This document shows, one piece after another, positions 47,639 through 62,417 of a stretch of 64,000 nucleotides of DNA. Both the position numbers and the translations under genes were made by a program. Numbering within the stretch: position 1 is the stretch's first letter; each line of letters starts with the position of its first letter. The notes beneath the pieces are model-generated. The model saw nothing but the letters and a program-made list of their open reading frames with translations, had not been told where the DNA came from and searched no databases. Source of the stretch: Lingula anatina (lineage: Eukaryota > Animalia > Brachiopoda); assembly GCA_051362555.1 (NCBI GenBank), contig CM120645.1:24084934-24148933 (forward strand), in the 5' to 3' direction.

Positions 47639-47890
47639 CTCCACCAAGGAGGTTATGTTTTCACCCCTGTTTGCCTGTCTGTTTGTCATCAACATAACTC
47701 AAAAAGTTATGGATGAATTTCGATGGAATTTTCAGGGTAGGTCAGAAATGGTTTAACTTAGAAGTGATTAGTTTTTGGTGGTGATCCGGATCAATAATCA
47801 ATCAATAATCAATAATAGGGGTGAAACGGCATTGGATGGAGACTTTGCTGCCTTGGCGGAGGTCTGCGCTCTCTGAGTGCTTTTTTAGTT
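47636..47890 (+). mobile_element. Helentron-associated non-autonomous element (HINE/DINE-1-like)
   Basis: 5' TACCTCCACCAAGGAGGT subTIR/IR, (GTCT)-like microsatellite, 3' CCTTGGCGGAGGT plus GCGCTCTCTGAGTGC hairpin plus T-rich TAGTT end. Confidence 0.8.
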
Positions 47891-48384
47891 TAGTTCTAGT
47901 TTAGTTCTCCTAATGAGCCGTATGGCTGCATAATTGCAGAACTTAAATTAAAATAAACACAAAAGGTGTGCCTGAGTCACTAAGATTATCTTTTTATCCC
48001 ATCTCTACCAGTTGTCTGGAGGTGCGCCTTGAGGACAGGCAAACAAGGTGGTGGTAGTAGAAAAATATAATATTAACTTAATCAAAGGGATGCCTGGATT
48101 ACTAAGATTTTATGTAAATTAATAATTGTGATGTAAGTCTATTGGAGGGTACCTGAGTGTCAGAGCAACGTAAAAGCTAGCTTGTCAAATATACCTTGTG
48201 ATGGAGTCGCTTTTACGGTATTGCTTATATGGGTTATGTATGAAATCAAGATCGAGCTGGCATTACCAGAATCTAGAACCTAGGGTATTGGAGGGAGGAA
48301 AATAAATAAAATGGCAGTTTACCAGAGAATGAAAATCACAATGTCAATAAATAGTTCATTCAAATTATCATAATTACATACATA

Positions 48385-49750
48385 TCGTCATGATGGGAGG
48401 GTACTTTGGAATTTTAGTGCCACAGGGGGTTGGGCAGTACCCTGGGGGGTAGTGGATTCTAAATTATTAAGATATTGTAATTTCTGCCATCTGCCCTAGA
48501 CCATATCAGAGTTAGGAAGTTGAAACTTTAGTGATTTGTATACCCATCATCAAGGAGGTGCATGGGCACTTAAGAATTTTAGTGCAACAGAGGGTTGGGC
48601 TGTACCCTGGGAGGTGGTTGATTCTAAATTATTAAGGTATTGTAAATTCTGCTATCTCCTACTAGACCGTTAGAGATAGGATATTGAAACTAAGGGAATT
48701 GGAAGATCCATCATCAGGGATGTGCATGGGCATTTTAGAATTTAAGTGCCACAGGGGGTTGAGCTGTTCCGGGGGGGGGGGGGGGGGGTTGATTCTAAAT
48801 TTTTATCACATTGAAATTTCTGCTTTCTCTTCCTAGACCATCAGAGTTAGGAAGCTGAAACGTTGGTGAATAGTTTACCCATCATCTGGGATGTGCATGG
48901 GCACTTTGGAATTTAAGTGCCACAGGGGGTTGGGCAGTACCCTGGGGGGTAGTGGATTCGAAATTATTAAGATATTGTAATTTCTGCCATCTGCCCTAGA
49001 CCATATCAGAGTTAGGAAGTTGAAACTTTAGTGATTTGTATACCCATCATCAAGGAGGTTAAGAATTTTAGTGCAACAGAGGGTTGGGCTGTACCCTGGG
49101 AGGTGGTTGATTCTAGATTATTATGGCGTTGTAAATTCTGCTATCTCCTCCTAAACTATTAAAGTTAGGAAACTGAAACTTTGGGAATTGGTAGACCCAT
49201 AATCAGGGATGTGCATGGGCACTTTGGAAACTGAGTGCCACAGGGTGTTGGTCTTTCCCCGGGGGGTGGTTGATTCTAAATTCTTTTCACATTGTAATTT
49301 CCACTATCTACTCCTAGACCGTTAGAGATAGGAAATTGAAACTATGGGAATTGGAAGATCCATCATCAGGGATGTACATATACACTTTGGAATTTTAGTG
49401 CAACAGTGGGTTGGGCTGTCCCCGGGGGTTGGTTGATTCTGAATTCTTTTCACATTGTAGTTTCTGCTTTTTTCTCCTAGACCATAGCAGGTAGGAAGAT
49501 GACACTTTGGTTATTAGTATACCCATCATCAGAGATGTGCATGGGCATTTTTGAATCTTAGTGCAACAGGGGGTTGGGCTGTCCCTGGGGGTTGGGTGAT
49601 TCTAAATTCTATTCAAATTGTAGTTTCTGCTATCTCCTAGACCATTGCAGGTAGGAAGCTGAAACTTTGGTGATTAGTTTAACCATCATCAGGGATGTGC
49701 ATGGGCACTTTGGAATTTTAGAATGGCTGGGGATTGAACTGTCCCTGGGC
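48385..49750 (+). repeat. ~163-bp satellite array (~8.5 units), HINE-type core repeat
   Basis: CCATCATCAGGGATGTGCATGGGCAC..TGAAACTTT recurs at ~48545, 48709, 48880, 49045, 49198, 49361, 49523 and 49684. Confidence 0.92.
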
Positions 49751-50016
49751 TTAAATTTTTAAGTCTATTCCCAGAGTATTAGAGTGTGATTTGTGATTCT
49801 ATTTTTCCTATTATATGCTATGAAATACTTTGATTTACTGTACTAGTTAGGGGTAGATGTACTTTTTTGTTACCACTTTATCAGATTCTGATGTATAGCA
49901 GATATTTTGAATATCTCTACGTCCAGATGGAACCATTCTTAGATTTATAAGTTGTTTGTTCTTTTTCTTTTTACAGGAAGATTACAATCAGCTTATTAAC
50001 CAGTTTGCTGTGAACC

Positions 50017-53000
50017 ATGAAGAGTGACTCTGTTGGCTACTTTTTGGTCATCTCCATGATGGCTGCCATTGGTACGTTGAATGTTTTTATTATTCTTTTG
50101 TTATCTTTTAATCTTTTAACAGAAACATTCTTCAAATTTAAAAACCAGTTTGGTTGGATTATAACCTCCGACGATGAGGAGACCCTGTTTTTGGTAGTGT
50201 TAGTTAGGTAGTCAGCTACATGTAGTTACTTAGTAGGCACAAAATAACGGACGCAATAAAGGGAACCGGAGAAGATCAGCATTGGTCAGAATTGTGCCGG
50301 AAGTGACGTGCAGTGGTGTTAGAAACGAAGCTGAGTGGTCATTTTAACATAGAGGTGAACGGCAGTGAAGACGGGTTGTCGGAGGAAAAAGAAGTTTTCT
50401 AAACAACATGGTAAGATAACTCTCTTTTTTTACGTATTTTGGGCAGAGAAAACTTGTAGAAATAATAAATGCATGATATGAAAACGTGACACGGAACTTG
50501 AAGGTGCAAAATCGTGCTTAATTTGCGGTCAACTTGTTTAGAAATAAATGCTGCGTCGACCGCCAGCGCGACAAAAGGCGTAAAGGGGAAATAATTCCCG
50601 GGAGTCTATAAATCGTTGTCATGTGGAAATTTGGCATTAATATAATCCGATATGTCCATATCTAAGTATTTTTGGGTGTTTTATGGTATGGGCTGCAATT
50701 ACAACGATGTTTTAGAGGTCTTGAAGGACCTTGTGAAAACCAGGAAGTAGTTCGTAACTAACAAGTGGAATGTACCGATCTCCGACTGCTGTACACAGCT
50801 GTATCTTTTTTTCAATATATTGACGGATTTTTAGATCTTTATATGTCCATCTGGCATGAAATTACACACACACATGATCACACTGATATACCTTTTCCAC
50901 TGGGGAAGGCGCTAATCAGAAACAAATGCCAAGACAAAGGTGACATTCTGACAGCCTCTTATCTGAGTTAAAAATCACTGACAAAAGAGACTGACAAAAG
51001 AGACACAGCAGTCGGAGATCGGTACATTTCACTTGTTAGTTACGAACTACTTCCTGGTTTTCACAAGGTCCTTCAAGACCTCTAAAACATCGTTGTAATT
51101 GCAGCCCATACCATAAAACACCCAAAAATACTTAGATATGGACATATCGGATTATATTAATGCCAAATTTCCACATGGCGACGATTTATAGACTCCCTGG
51201 AATTATTTCCCCTTTACGCTTTTTGTCGCGCTGGCGGTCGACGCAGCATTTATTTCTAAACAAGTTGACCGCAAATTAAGCACGATTTTGCACCTTCAAG
51301 TTCCGTGTCACGTTTTCATATCATGCATTTACTATTTCTACAAGTTTTCTCTGCCCAAAATGCGTAAAAAAGAGAGTTATTTTACCATGTTGTTTAGAAA
51401 ACATCTTTTTCCTCCGACAACCCGTCTTCACTGCCGTTCACCTCTATGTTAAAATGACCACTCAGCTTCGTTTCTAACACCACTGCACGTCACTTCCGGC
51501 ACAATTCTGACCAATGCTGATCTTCTCCGGTTCCCTTTATTTGATAGAATTTTAAAGATAAATCACATATAAGTACCCTAGGTTCTAGATTCCGGTATTG
51601 CCAGCTCGATCTTGATTTCATATATAACCCATATCAGCAATACCGGCTCTAGCGAACAGCGGCCATGTTACACTTCCGTCAATCAAATAGAACTGCTCCG
51701 CAGTGAATCTGCAGTTGAATGCCATCAGACCAAAATGAAACGTAAAACAGATTTAATTCTGCTTTATTTTATTATTTTTTTTGCTGTATTTAAGATGTAA
51801 AGTGAAAAAATAAATAATATTCTTCGAAAAGAAAAGATATATCCAATGTTTTTGTATTTTTTGCTAATCAAAGAACATTTAGTCCTGAGATATACACGTG
51901 CACAATACACGTGCTTGCCGTGTGCCAAATTTGACAGCTACACTGGATGCCCGATACCACTATGAGGGCTGTGCAATGGCTACACCAAAATCAGTTTTTT
52001 AAAGCAGAATGTTGCTTGTATTGTGGCACTGACCTTTGACTGCAAGATATTTTTAAAGACAGTCTCAGCGCGTTAAACCCTTAAAATAGCACGAAAATGA
52101 ATTTTCCTGGAAATCTCACCAATTTCCCCATAATGACCAAGGTATATCCTATCCAAAACCGTTGAGAAAATGAACCTACCTAATACCGTTTTTAAGTTCC
52201 ATTAAATAATAAAAGACGACTCGTCTTAAATACTCAGCTACCACCTCACAGTACGGCTTCAGAACGCGCAATTTCTCGCTAAGTCTCGCGGTTTACTATG
52301 AATGAAGTACTACGGCTGAGACCCGGATGTTACTATTTGGCGCCAAAACAGCAAACATGGCTCAGACGCGCGTCAAGTCTGAAGAGGAGAGCGACAAAAA
52401 GGGACGAAAGAAAATAGCCACTCCAGTTCGAAAGATACGAAAGAAAATTAGAGACAGACGAAGAAGCACTCAGACTGTGTATGTTGGGAGGGAGGTGGGG
52501 CGGTGGAGGACACTTAAAGCTGAGTTAGGACTCACATACGAGGCAATGGCGAAACTACTCCTCGACACGTGAGTATGCGCTTCACAGGTCTCAAGTGTGA
52601 TTGTCTGATTATCATATTATCCTGTTCACAATAAATGACAATATTTGTGCTCATACAAAGTTGGTTACGTGTATAAGAGCGTTTTGGGCTTTACGTTGTC
52701 TATTTTTGATCGGTACATGTACCGAAAAGATGGACAGGCGGCACTTACATGTCTGACAAGTTTCGCTGTGTAGTCGTGACGTCTATCTCATTCTGACTGA
52801 AGCCTGCTGTGATTGGTCGTAAGCGTGGGAAAATCGAGGTCGTGACCTTGAGCCGGAAGTACTTCTGGCTGTGCTCCGAAATCATGATAAATAGTTTTCG
52901 TTTTCTAATTCTTTATTCTAGTTGTCTTAACAGGACTTTTGTGACCCAGACTTATTAATATAATAATAAACAATCTCACAAAACACAAATCTGATCAAAG

Positions 53001-56000
53001 CTTTACATAGAACCTGCTTCTATACATTAATCTAACCCACTGAGACTGTCTTTAATTCAAACTTCTAACTCCGCGTCAGGCATCTTGTCTCGTCTGCACG
53101 AGATAACTTCAGCGCAAGGTTGGAAAGGCAGCTCCAGGCGGCTAAACCTGTGACCTACGAGACTTATGACTTTCAAATATGGATCCAGGCGGACACAGCT
53201 GTGACGTGCGACTTCCGAACATGGAAGCGCCTCAGGCAAAATTTTGAAGAAGAACGCCCTCAGATTGTCGCTGTCATCAGAGCCAGTAAAAGCGACTCCA
53301 TCACAATTGTATATTTAACAGGCTAGCTTTGACGTTGATCTGACACTCAGGGTACATATAAGTCAAAGAAGAAAATATAAGATTTGGAGGTGATACGGCT
53401 TACCACTGAGACGCACTCTGTATCGAAACGCTACAAGAATGGGTTTTAAGTAAAACAAATAAAAAAAGTACGTCTTGATCTATTTTAATTCGACACTTTT
53501 TTTTGCCCCTCACGCAAACGCGCTCTGCATGGAAGTTGTAATAGTTACGTCTTGACGTAATACTGCAAGCACTGACTCATGTCGCATTGAATTAATCAAC
53601 CTGTGCGCAACCAGTTGCCAAAGGTCTTGACTCTACGACTGAATAACAACCGAACAACCGAACTTGCGTGGTCCAACTTGTGGAATTTTTAATCTATCTA
53701 AAATTCAAACTTAAACAGTCCCTGTAACCTTTTAAACTAATACGAAGAATACCATTATAGCGTCCAAAAGTTATTTTTCAGATACTCGATCAAAACTCGC
53801 TGTCGAGACGTTTAATTTACCTTTGAGGAAGGAACCATATTTATCTGCAGCTTGTTTCCGTGTTCTGAATATTCGTCTTAAAATATGTGTTACAGGCCCA
53901 GTCCTAATCTAGTCCTATGCCATGAGAGGCCCAGAACCCATCCTAATTAGGGCCTGGCTGAACCCAGTCTTAATGGTATCTTTGCATAGTTAACAGCATA
54001 AATAGGCAAGTTAATTGACCAAGTTAATTGGTCAAGCTGCCAGTTTGTTTGTATTTGTATGGCATGTGTTAGGGATGTATTAGACCAAGTCACATATTAT
54101 TTTACTTACAGTTGTGGCAAATGAAATATAGTTGTATTTCATTACCTATGATTTGTAAAATACATCTGAGGATGATACTTTTAAAGATGTTTAATGCTTA
54201 AAGAAAAGGCATGTAGATTGATTTAGAAATATTTACTAAAGAAATGTTAAATTAAAGGCGGGCTGTTAGTGTGTTATTTCAATTATCTAGGTTTTATGCA
54301 GATTATAGGAAAAAATCTGCCCATTTATATTTTGTTGACCTTTCTGGAAAATATCTGCATTTCCTTAAGGATAAATTACAAAGAACATTTTTTCACAGCT
54401 GATTGATTTCAATTTCAATTGGTTAAATTTACCATATAAATATAAATCACAAGGTTTACCTGAAAAACTTAAAAACTGGATTTCTCCAGCTGAAACAGAT
54501 GATCACTTTTAAAGATAAAGTATCCTAGCATATCATTTGTTAATGATGGACACTCACGAAACATGACGGTGTTGCTGAGGTGCACCTCCAGTTTATATTT
54601 ATTCTGGATTTCTGTCTAACAGCTGCAGTCCATGGCTCCAGTATACTGTACCCGTACGGCCCCGCAGAGGGGGACAGCGCCATGCCCCCGGGCGATGACG
54701 GAGCTACCAGCGCGATCACGCTGTCTACTAGTTTTTCTTATTACGAAAATGTCCATTCGTCCTTATACGTAAGTATGATAGAGGTAGTGCTTTTTACGTC
54801 CTGCGATATTTTTAAAAGTGATGAAAATGACAGCAAGTGTCAGTACTTTTGCTGTTCGTGCTTATGAATTTGTTCCTGTGTAGGCTATAATGTATAATTA
54901 TTTATGCGATGCTACATATTTATTATGGAATTTGTCCATTTCCTTGTTAATAACATACAGTTTATCTTGTTCTTTTCACTGCCTTATGTGCTTGGCGATT
55001 CGTATTATTTGACAAAGATGTACATGCGCTTCATACTGCATGTTTAAATGTTTGATTCGGTCTTGGTCGGGAGGTACATGTAAGTCAAGTTAACATTTTT
55101 ACTGCATAAATTCAGTTAACTGTTTCTCTGTTCCGCTGCAGGGGTCATGTTTTGAAATGGATGGGTGGCCACAAGTAGAGGAGAGCGCTGAAGTTTAAAT
55201 GTTGTTCTTTTTTATGTACAGACACAGATGTGTCTGTACATATAGCCGTCATCTGCGTCTGTCGTCGCCGTCGCCGTCGCCGTCGCTGTGCACTTTTACC
55301 GATAACACGATAAGTGGAAAACTGTTTTTTCTTTTGGCTTGAAACTTACAGAACTAATGAATATTCATAATACGCAGGTCAAGTTCGAAAATCAGCATGA
55401 TCGGGTTACTTATAGGGAATTTATGCTGTTTTTTCACTTTTTTCAGCATAAATGAAGCACCGATAACACGATAAGTGGAAAACTGTTTTACTTTTTGGCT
55501 TGAAACTTACAGAACTGATGAATATTCATAATACGCAGGTCAAGTTCGAAAATCAGCATGATTGGGTCATTTTTAGTGAATTTAGGCTATTTTTTCTCTT
55601 TTTTCAGCATAAATGCAGCACCGATAACATGATAAGTGGAAAACCATTTTTCTTTTTGGCTTGAAACTTACAGAACTGATAAATATTCATAATACGCAGG
55701 TCAAGTTCGAAAATCAGCATGATTGGGTCATTTTTTAGTGAATTTAGGCTATTTTTTCTCTTTTTTCAGCATATATACAGCACCGATAACACGATAACTG
55801 GAAAACCGTTTTAGCTTTTGGCTTGAAACTTACAGAACTGATAAATATTTATAATACGCAGGTCAAGTTCGAAAATCAGCATGATTGGGTGACTTGTAGG
55901 GAAGTTATGCTGTTTTTTTTTTTTACTTTTTTCAGCATATATGCAGCACCGATAACACGATAAGTGGAAAACCGCTTTACTTTTTGGCTTCAAACTTACA

Positions 56001-58087
56001 AAACTGATGAAGATTCATAATCAGCAGATCAAGTTCGAAAATCAGCATGATCAAGCCATTTTTAGGGGAGTTATGCTATTTTTTCACTTTTTTCAACATA
56101 TATGCAACACTGATAACACTATATAAGAAAAACAGATAGGCCAATTGTCATTATACTTACAGGAGTGGTCAATCTTACTAAAATGCAGGTTGAATTAGAA
56201 AATCAGCATAATCTGGCCATTATTTTAGAAGTTGTGCTGTTTTTTCACATTTCCTCAGATTCAATTCTTAAGCATGTTAACAGTCTCATTATTTAACTAA
56301 TAAGATACCTAAAAGTGTTTGTTTGATATTTCCTGCATCTTTACAACATTGTTAGTTGATTATGTAAAAATGATGGTAAACTTGATATCGTGTATTGTGT
56401 AATAAAGTGTCAAAAATGGAAATAAACTCATATCATATCATATTGCAGTTTGTTAGATTCAATCATCAACTATGTTCAGAATCTCAGAATGGAGGAAATT
56501 GGACATTTAACACTGTTCTATTGATATTTTTCCCATCTCATCAATTTTCTTAGTTGGTCATATAAAAGTGGAAGTATACTGTTTATTTTGTTTTGTTTAA
56601 AAAGTGTTAAAATGGAAATAAACCCATTTCAGAACAGTGCTGTCTTTTTTACAGTTTGGCATTTTTAAGATGTGACTTTGAAGTTCCATGAGCCTGCAGA
56701 TCTTTGCTAGTCACATTTTCTGAATATCCATGATACTAATATTTTATGATTAAAAATTGATGGTCATTATGCTGTTAAACATTATGTAATATTGCATCAA
56801 GATTCGAAGAAACCCATATTTTGGGCACTGCTCCCATGATGACCATTTAAAGAAAATCATGTCACTTACTGTTATCAAACTTACAGGAAAGAAATGTGGG
56901 TCTAAAATACAGCTTCAGTAGGCAATGCAGTCTGTTTGGTAATTTTTTCTGGCAGTTAAACAGTTTTTTGTGAAAATTTAATTTTTCACTTATTGGCATT
57001 TTCAAGGTGTGACTTTGAAGTTCCATGATCCTGAAGACCTTTGCTTGTCATGTTTTCTGAAAGTCCATGTTACTGATATTCTATTAAATAAAAATTGATG
57101 GTCATATATGCTGTTAAGCATTATGTAATGTTGCTTCAAAATAGAAGAAAACACAATTTTTGGTGCTGCTGCCATGATGACCATGATGGGAAAACCGTGT
57201 TACTTATGACTGTCAAACCTTAAAAAAAGAAACACTGTACTAAAATGCAGCCTGAGTTGGAAAAGCAGTCTAATTGGCTTCTTTTTCTGGAAGTTATACA
57301 TTTGAGTGAAATATTCATTAACTTTTTGGCATATTCATTGTGGGACTCGGAGCTCCCATGGACATGAAGCCGAATGGTAATCAAATTTTCTACATGTCCA
57401 TGCTATTTGTAATCAATAGTCAAAAATTGGTGATAATTATTCTATAATTTATTATGCAATGTTACATCAAAATTTACAATAATCTTTTTGAACTGCTACT
57501 GCAAACATTATGAAAAGAAAACTGTGTTACTTATTATTATTTTTAACTTATGAGAATGATTTTTAGGATTGGCATGCAGTTAAAATTAGAAAGCTAGGTC
57601 AATTGGTTTATCGTTTATTATTGAATTTATGCAATTTTGTGTGAAATTTTCATTTTTTTATTCTGGCACTTTCTAAGTATAAACTTGAACTCTGATGGGC
57701 CTGAAGCCTTATGCTTTTACTTTGGTCGGTGTTACCTGCTGTGCATAATTAAAATATGATGTTGACTTTGCAGTTAAACATAATGTATCATTTCATCAGA
57801 ATTGGTAGTCTCCTATTTTGTGCATTATTGTTTTGTGCTTTTCTTAAGATGTGACTTATGGGCCTGAAGGGTCTTTGAGAGGGTCAGTCTGTAAATTTCC
57901 CTTGGGTATCACTTAGCTAAGCTCTGAGTTATAAAGTAATTTGCCTAATTGATTATTAATAGGCCATTAAATGAGATTACATAAAGCACACTTGTTGATA
58001 TCTCCCTGTAAACTCCCAAAGGTTAAGCTCTCTGCTAGATTAATAATAAGGAAGCAGTGATAATTATGGAGGTAAATTATGCAGGTA

Positions 58088-58136
<49 letters not shown>

Positions 58137-61100
58137 CAACAATTGCTGCCTGGGCAGAGGTCTGCACTCTCGGAGTGTTTTTCTAGTTTTGTTTATTTTC
58201 CTTAATAACTTTTTTCTCAAACACTTGCATTTGTGATATTTAACCGCCTGAAGCTCTGCACATTTTCTGTATTTCCACATAAGCAGTTGTATGTTATTTA
58301 TGTTTTCAAACATTATGTAATATTATATTATGCACTGTCAGAAAATATCTCTGGGCAGCTCCCGTTATTGACCATGTTACCTGTTGTGCATGATTAAAAT
58401 TCAGTGTTGACTAACAGTGCTATTATAAGCATTATTTATTATTGCATCAAAATGACATATTTTGCATCATTATTTTCTGTTTTTTGTCTGTACATTTGAC
58501 AGCTTTGCTGCCTTGTTTTTCGAAATACGATTCCACAAATTCCACATAGGGGATATTGATATACATAGGTGTCTAACGGTATTTTGACTGAAAATGTGTT
58601 AAATTTATTTCATTCTTATTTTGAAGAGATGTCTCTTTTGAATAAAATTATAGCATATTTATATCTAATAAGATGTGCGTCAAGTACCACCCATCAGAGG
58701 GTGAGGGTGCAAGTGGTCACCAAGTACCAACTCCCAGTATTTTTGAAAAAAGATTTTCATTTTTTATTTTTATAAATTAGTGGTAGCCTTATGCTTTCCC
58801 CGTCTTCAGGTCCATCAATAGACAATCTGCTAATCTTTACCAACATTCGATTTGATTGGTTTGGATTTATTCAGGTGAACACAAATGGTGTTCTAAGCTT
58901 CCTTAGAACAGTCACTGGTCACGACCCTTCCGCTTTACCACTGGGCTCGAACAAGCGGATAATCGCTCCGTTTTGGGCAGACATCAAAACATTGATTGCG
59001 GGTACGGTGTACTACCGCCAGACCACTAGCGAGGCAGTGCTAAACAAAGTCAACGAGGATGTAGGGAGGAGTGAGGCGTGTTCTATTGGGGCCAAGTTTG
59101 CTGCCACCTGGGCGTTTATTGCTACCTATCACAATGTGACGTATTATGGCGGAAGCATTAATACACCGGTAATGATGCATGTTAAGATGTAACAAAAAGC
59201 ATTCCATAGTTTGGCATATCTTGATCTACCTTTTGTTCATTACCTCCGCCAAAGAGATTATGTTTTTGGTTCCATTAGTTTGTCTGTCTGTCTGTCTGTC
59301 TGTCTGCTTGGACATAATAACGTGGTTACGTCCAAGCTGTCTGTTAGCAACATTACAGAAAGAGTTATGGACCGATTTTGATGAAATTTTCAGGAACTGT
59401 CAGAAGTGGGCCAAAGAACAGATGATTAGTTTTTGGTGATGATCAGGATCAATAATAAATCAGTTATCAAAAATAAAAAAAATTATCATTATAGAATGAA
59501 AATTAAGGGGAGAAACGGCATTGGGTGGAGACTTTGCTGCCTTAGCCGAGGTCTGCGCTTACGGAGTGCTTTTCTAGTTTGTCTTATTTATTTGGATTTT
59601 TTTATTATTTCAATCATTTTATTATTTGCTGTTGTTAAAGCGATTGTTCTTTTGCCTTTACATTTTGCAAAAAATTATCATATGCCTACATTTTTGTGTT
59701 TTCCCTCTGGAAACAAATGGACAAATGTTTAGATAATCAGAGTTACATAGGCCGGCCGATACACATACATACAAAATAATGAAAACAAATCTGACGGCCC
59801 TAACGATAAAAATCTAATTCTAAATCTTTGATTTTACAGTATAAAAGCTATGACAAAATAATTTTACTTTTTTTAGGGGTATTCAAAGCAATCCAGGACA
59901 CGCAGTGAATAACTTGCCTCATTTGCTCTCTTCCAGAGGAACACTTTCCAGGTTGTCTTGGCAACAGACGGTAGCCGTTCTTATGCTATATTTAACTACT
60001 TAGAAGTGGCGTGGACAACAGCGAAGTCAAACGGTGGAGACCCCGCGACTGGCCTGGGCGGAACACCTGCACAGGTAGAACTGAGAGCTCTTTTGAATAG
60101 TGCCTTCAGGACATGTTGATCTGCAGATCTAATATGGCTAACCAACTTGAAAGTTAACATTAAAGCATTTTTACATATGGTGCTGTATTATAAACACGTG
60201 AACTGCAGTAATTATGGAAAGTAAAACAAAAACATCAATATGTGAAATCTATCCACAGTTAAGATATACTGGCACCGACTTGACAATACCAATGATCTTC
60301 AATGATGATGACAATGAAATGATATGTGACCTTCGATCTTTCATTACATTCTAACTAATTTCTTATTACCTATGAACAGATATTTCTCTGTCTACATGTA
60401 CTTCTTAACACTAAAATCACAGCAGGGACACGTGTGAATATTAAATGAAAAATCAATAATAGTCAAATATTGGGCAACCCACTTGAAAGCATGCCAAGAT
60501 TTAGTTGCTCTGCCCATGCTGTGACGGTGACCCTGGAAGCCATTGTCAAGTGCATATTTAGGAGCGCATTCAGTACAGATGACTCGTGGACTAACTGGTT
60601 CGCCAACTAAATATGGCCGACCCCACTGAAAACACGATACCGCTAATTCCCTGATGGTCTAAGCCTAACCTCCTGAGGACCTCCATATGAGCCTTTAAAC
60701 AGATTAAATTTCAGAGGATTAATTGCTAGGCCTCTGCAATGACGGCACATATAGAGGCCGGGAGACCATCAAGGAATTGCAGTGGCATTGCTTTTTAAGT
60801 GGGGTAGGCCATATTTTGTAGGCCAATCAGCTAGTACGCAGAACATCTGTTGTAAATGCACTCTGGTTCTGAACGTACACTTGTTGTATTTCCAGTGCTT
60901 ATTTTCATTCCATTTCATTTCCCGATGCGTCTTATTTCTACTGTTTACAGGCAGGCTTCAATAAGGGTGATGGAATACACTATTACGCCTTGCCTGGCTC
61001 CAGAACCTCTGCCATAGTGGACATAGACACAAAAAGCAACATAGATGTTCAAGGTCGATGGGTTTTCAGAGTAGACGGAGGCACAGTGGAAAACATGGAA

Positions 61101-62384
61101 TGCACGGCAAGTAATAGAGGTAACTTACCAGACACGCGTACGTGGCTACCACGTTGGTGGGATACTGTCACGTGGTGATCACAATGTTAAATTCTTTTCT
61201 GGATCTGGAGGGGCTCAATTTCACATATATGCAATCTTTTGAACCATGCAATCGTTGAAATGGCAAGGGTATGGTATAGTGTAGTGACTTGTTTCAAGTG
61301 ATCTCAGGGTGGTAGTTTTCACACTTTACTACTGTTTAATATTCTTTTTTTATTAACTCTTTTTTGATTTAATATTCTTTTTATAATCAAGGTATTTAAT
61401 AGTGAATTAAAGCAGAACAGTGGGCAGCAGTAAAGCACATGCCTACTGTACAGAATAACTGACCTTGCATGATTTCTTATAGAGGTATAATTAATGAATA
61501 TTATTTTACAATTTTCAGTGGGCCAGTGTATGGTCAGAGGGGATCCCCATTTTGAGCAGTACGATCGGCGCCACTTTCTTTTTAGTGGGTTTTGTAAATA
61601 TACACTCTCAGAAACTCTGCCAAGTGCCACTGAGCAATTTGACATAACTGGTACATTTGTCTACTATAAGCCTGGGAGTAATAGGACCATGATCCAGCAG
61701 GTTTTGATAGAAGTGCGCGGTATGACCATTCAGATAACTACAGATGGAACAGTGAAGGTGTGTACCAATGGGTTTAACCAATTGTTGTTAGTAAAGGGAT
61801 ACAGATGGAAATATTTTAATTGCATTATTTTTATTTTAAATTACCAGGGGAAAGAACATATCATCCCAAGCAAAGCACAAATTTATGCGCGTAATGAAGG
61901 AATACCCCCCCCCCCCCCCCCCCCCCCCCCCCCGTACACACACACATGCTAAAAGGGAGTGCCTCTTTTTTTGAGAGAAACAATGTTCATCAAGCCATTT
62001 TCTCAGGTATCAAATATTTCTGATATATACAAAATACAATGGTTTGACCAATTACATTGCCCATATAACTAGTGGTCGCCAAAACATTGAGCGTGTGCTC
62101 ACAAACGTTATTGTTAATGAGTCCTCATATATTGACAACCATTGCAGGTTAACAATGCAACCACCAGTGCATCAACGACTCCACTAGATGTTGGCAGCGG
62201 TGTGGTGTTGTTTCGTGACCAGACTGGCTTTCCAAGGACTGTTGTATATGTGACTGATGTTGTGAAAGTTGAACTCACCACCCCTGTTGAGGGATTAAGG
62301 CGTAAAGGACATAAAGCCATCATAACCGTTCTAGGTAAAATGGCAAACATACTTGTACACGTACTCATATATACAAACAAACAA

Positions 62385-62417
<33 letters not shown>

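Noticed and set aside
48216-51645. 72-bp inverted repeats (48216-48287 and 51574-51645) read as the TIRs of a composite element that captured the signal-peptide exon
   Set aside because: The terminus-like TA-CCCTAG ends face inward, which fits two separate truncated copies of a small element. No outer TSD was seen.
53056-53330. GC-richer 68-aa ORF downstream of the small Kolobok
   Set aside because: No ATG start, splice context or recognisable motif.
55300-56250. CRISPR-like or coding repeat
   Set aside because: Whole units repeat with no spacers, inside HINE termini.
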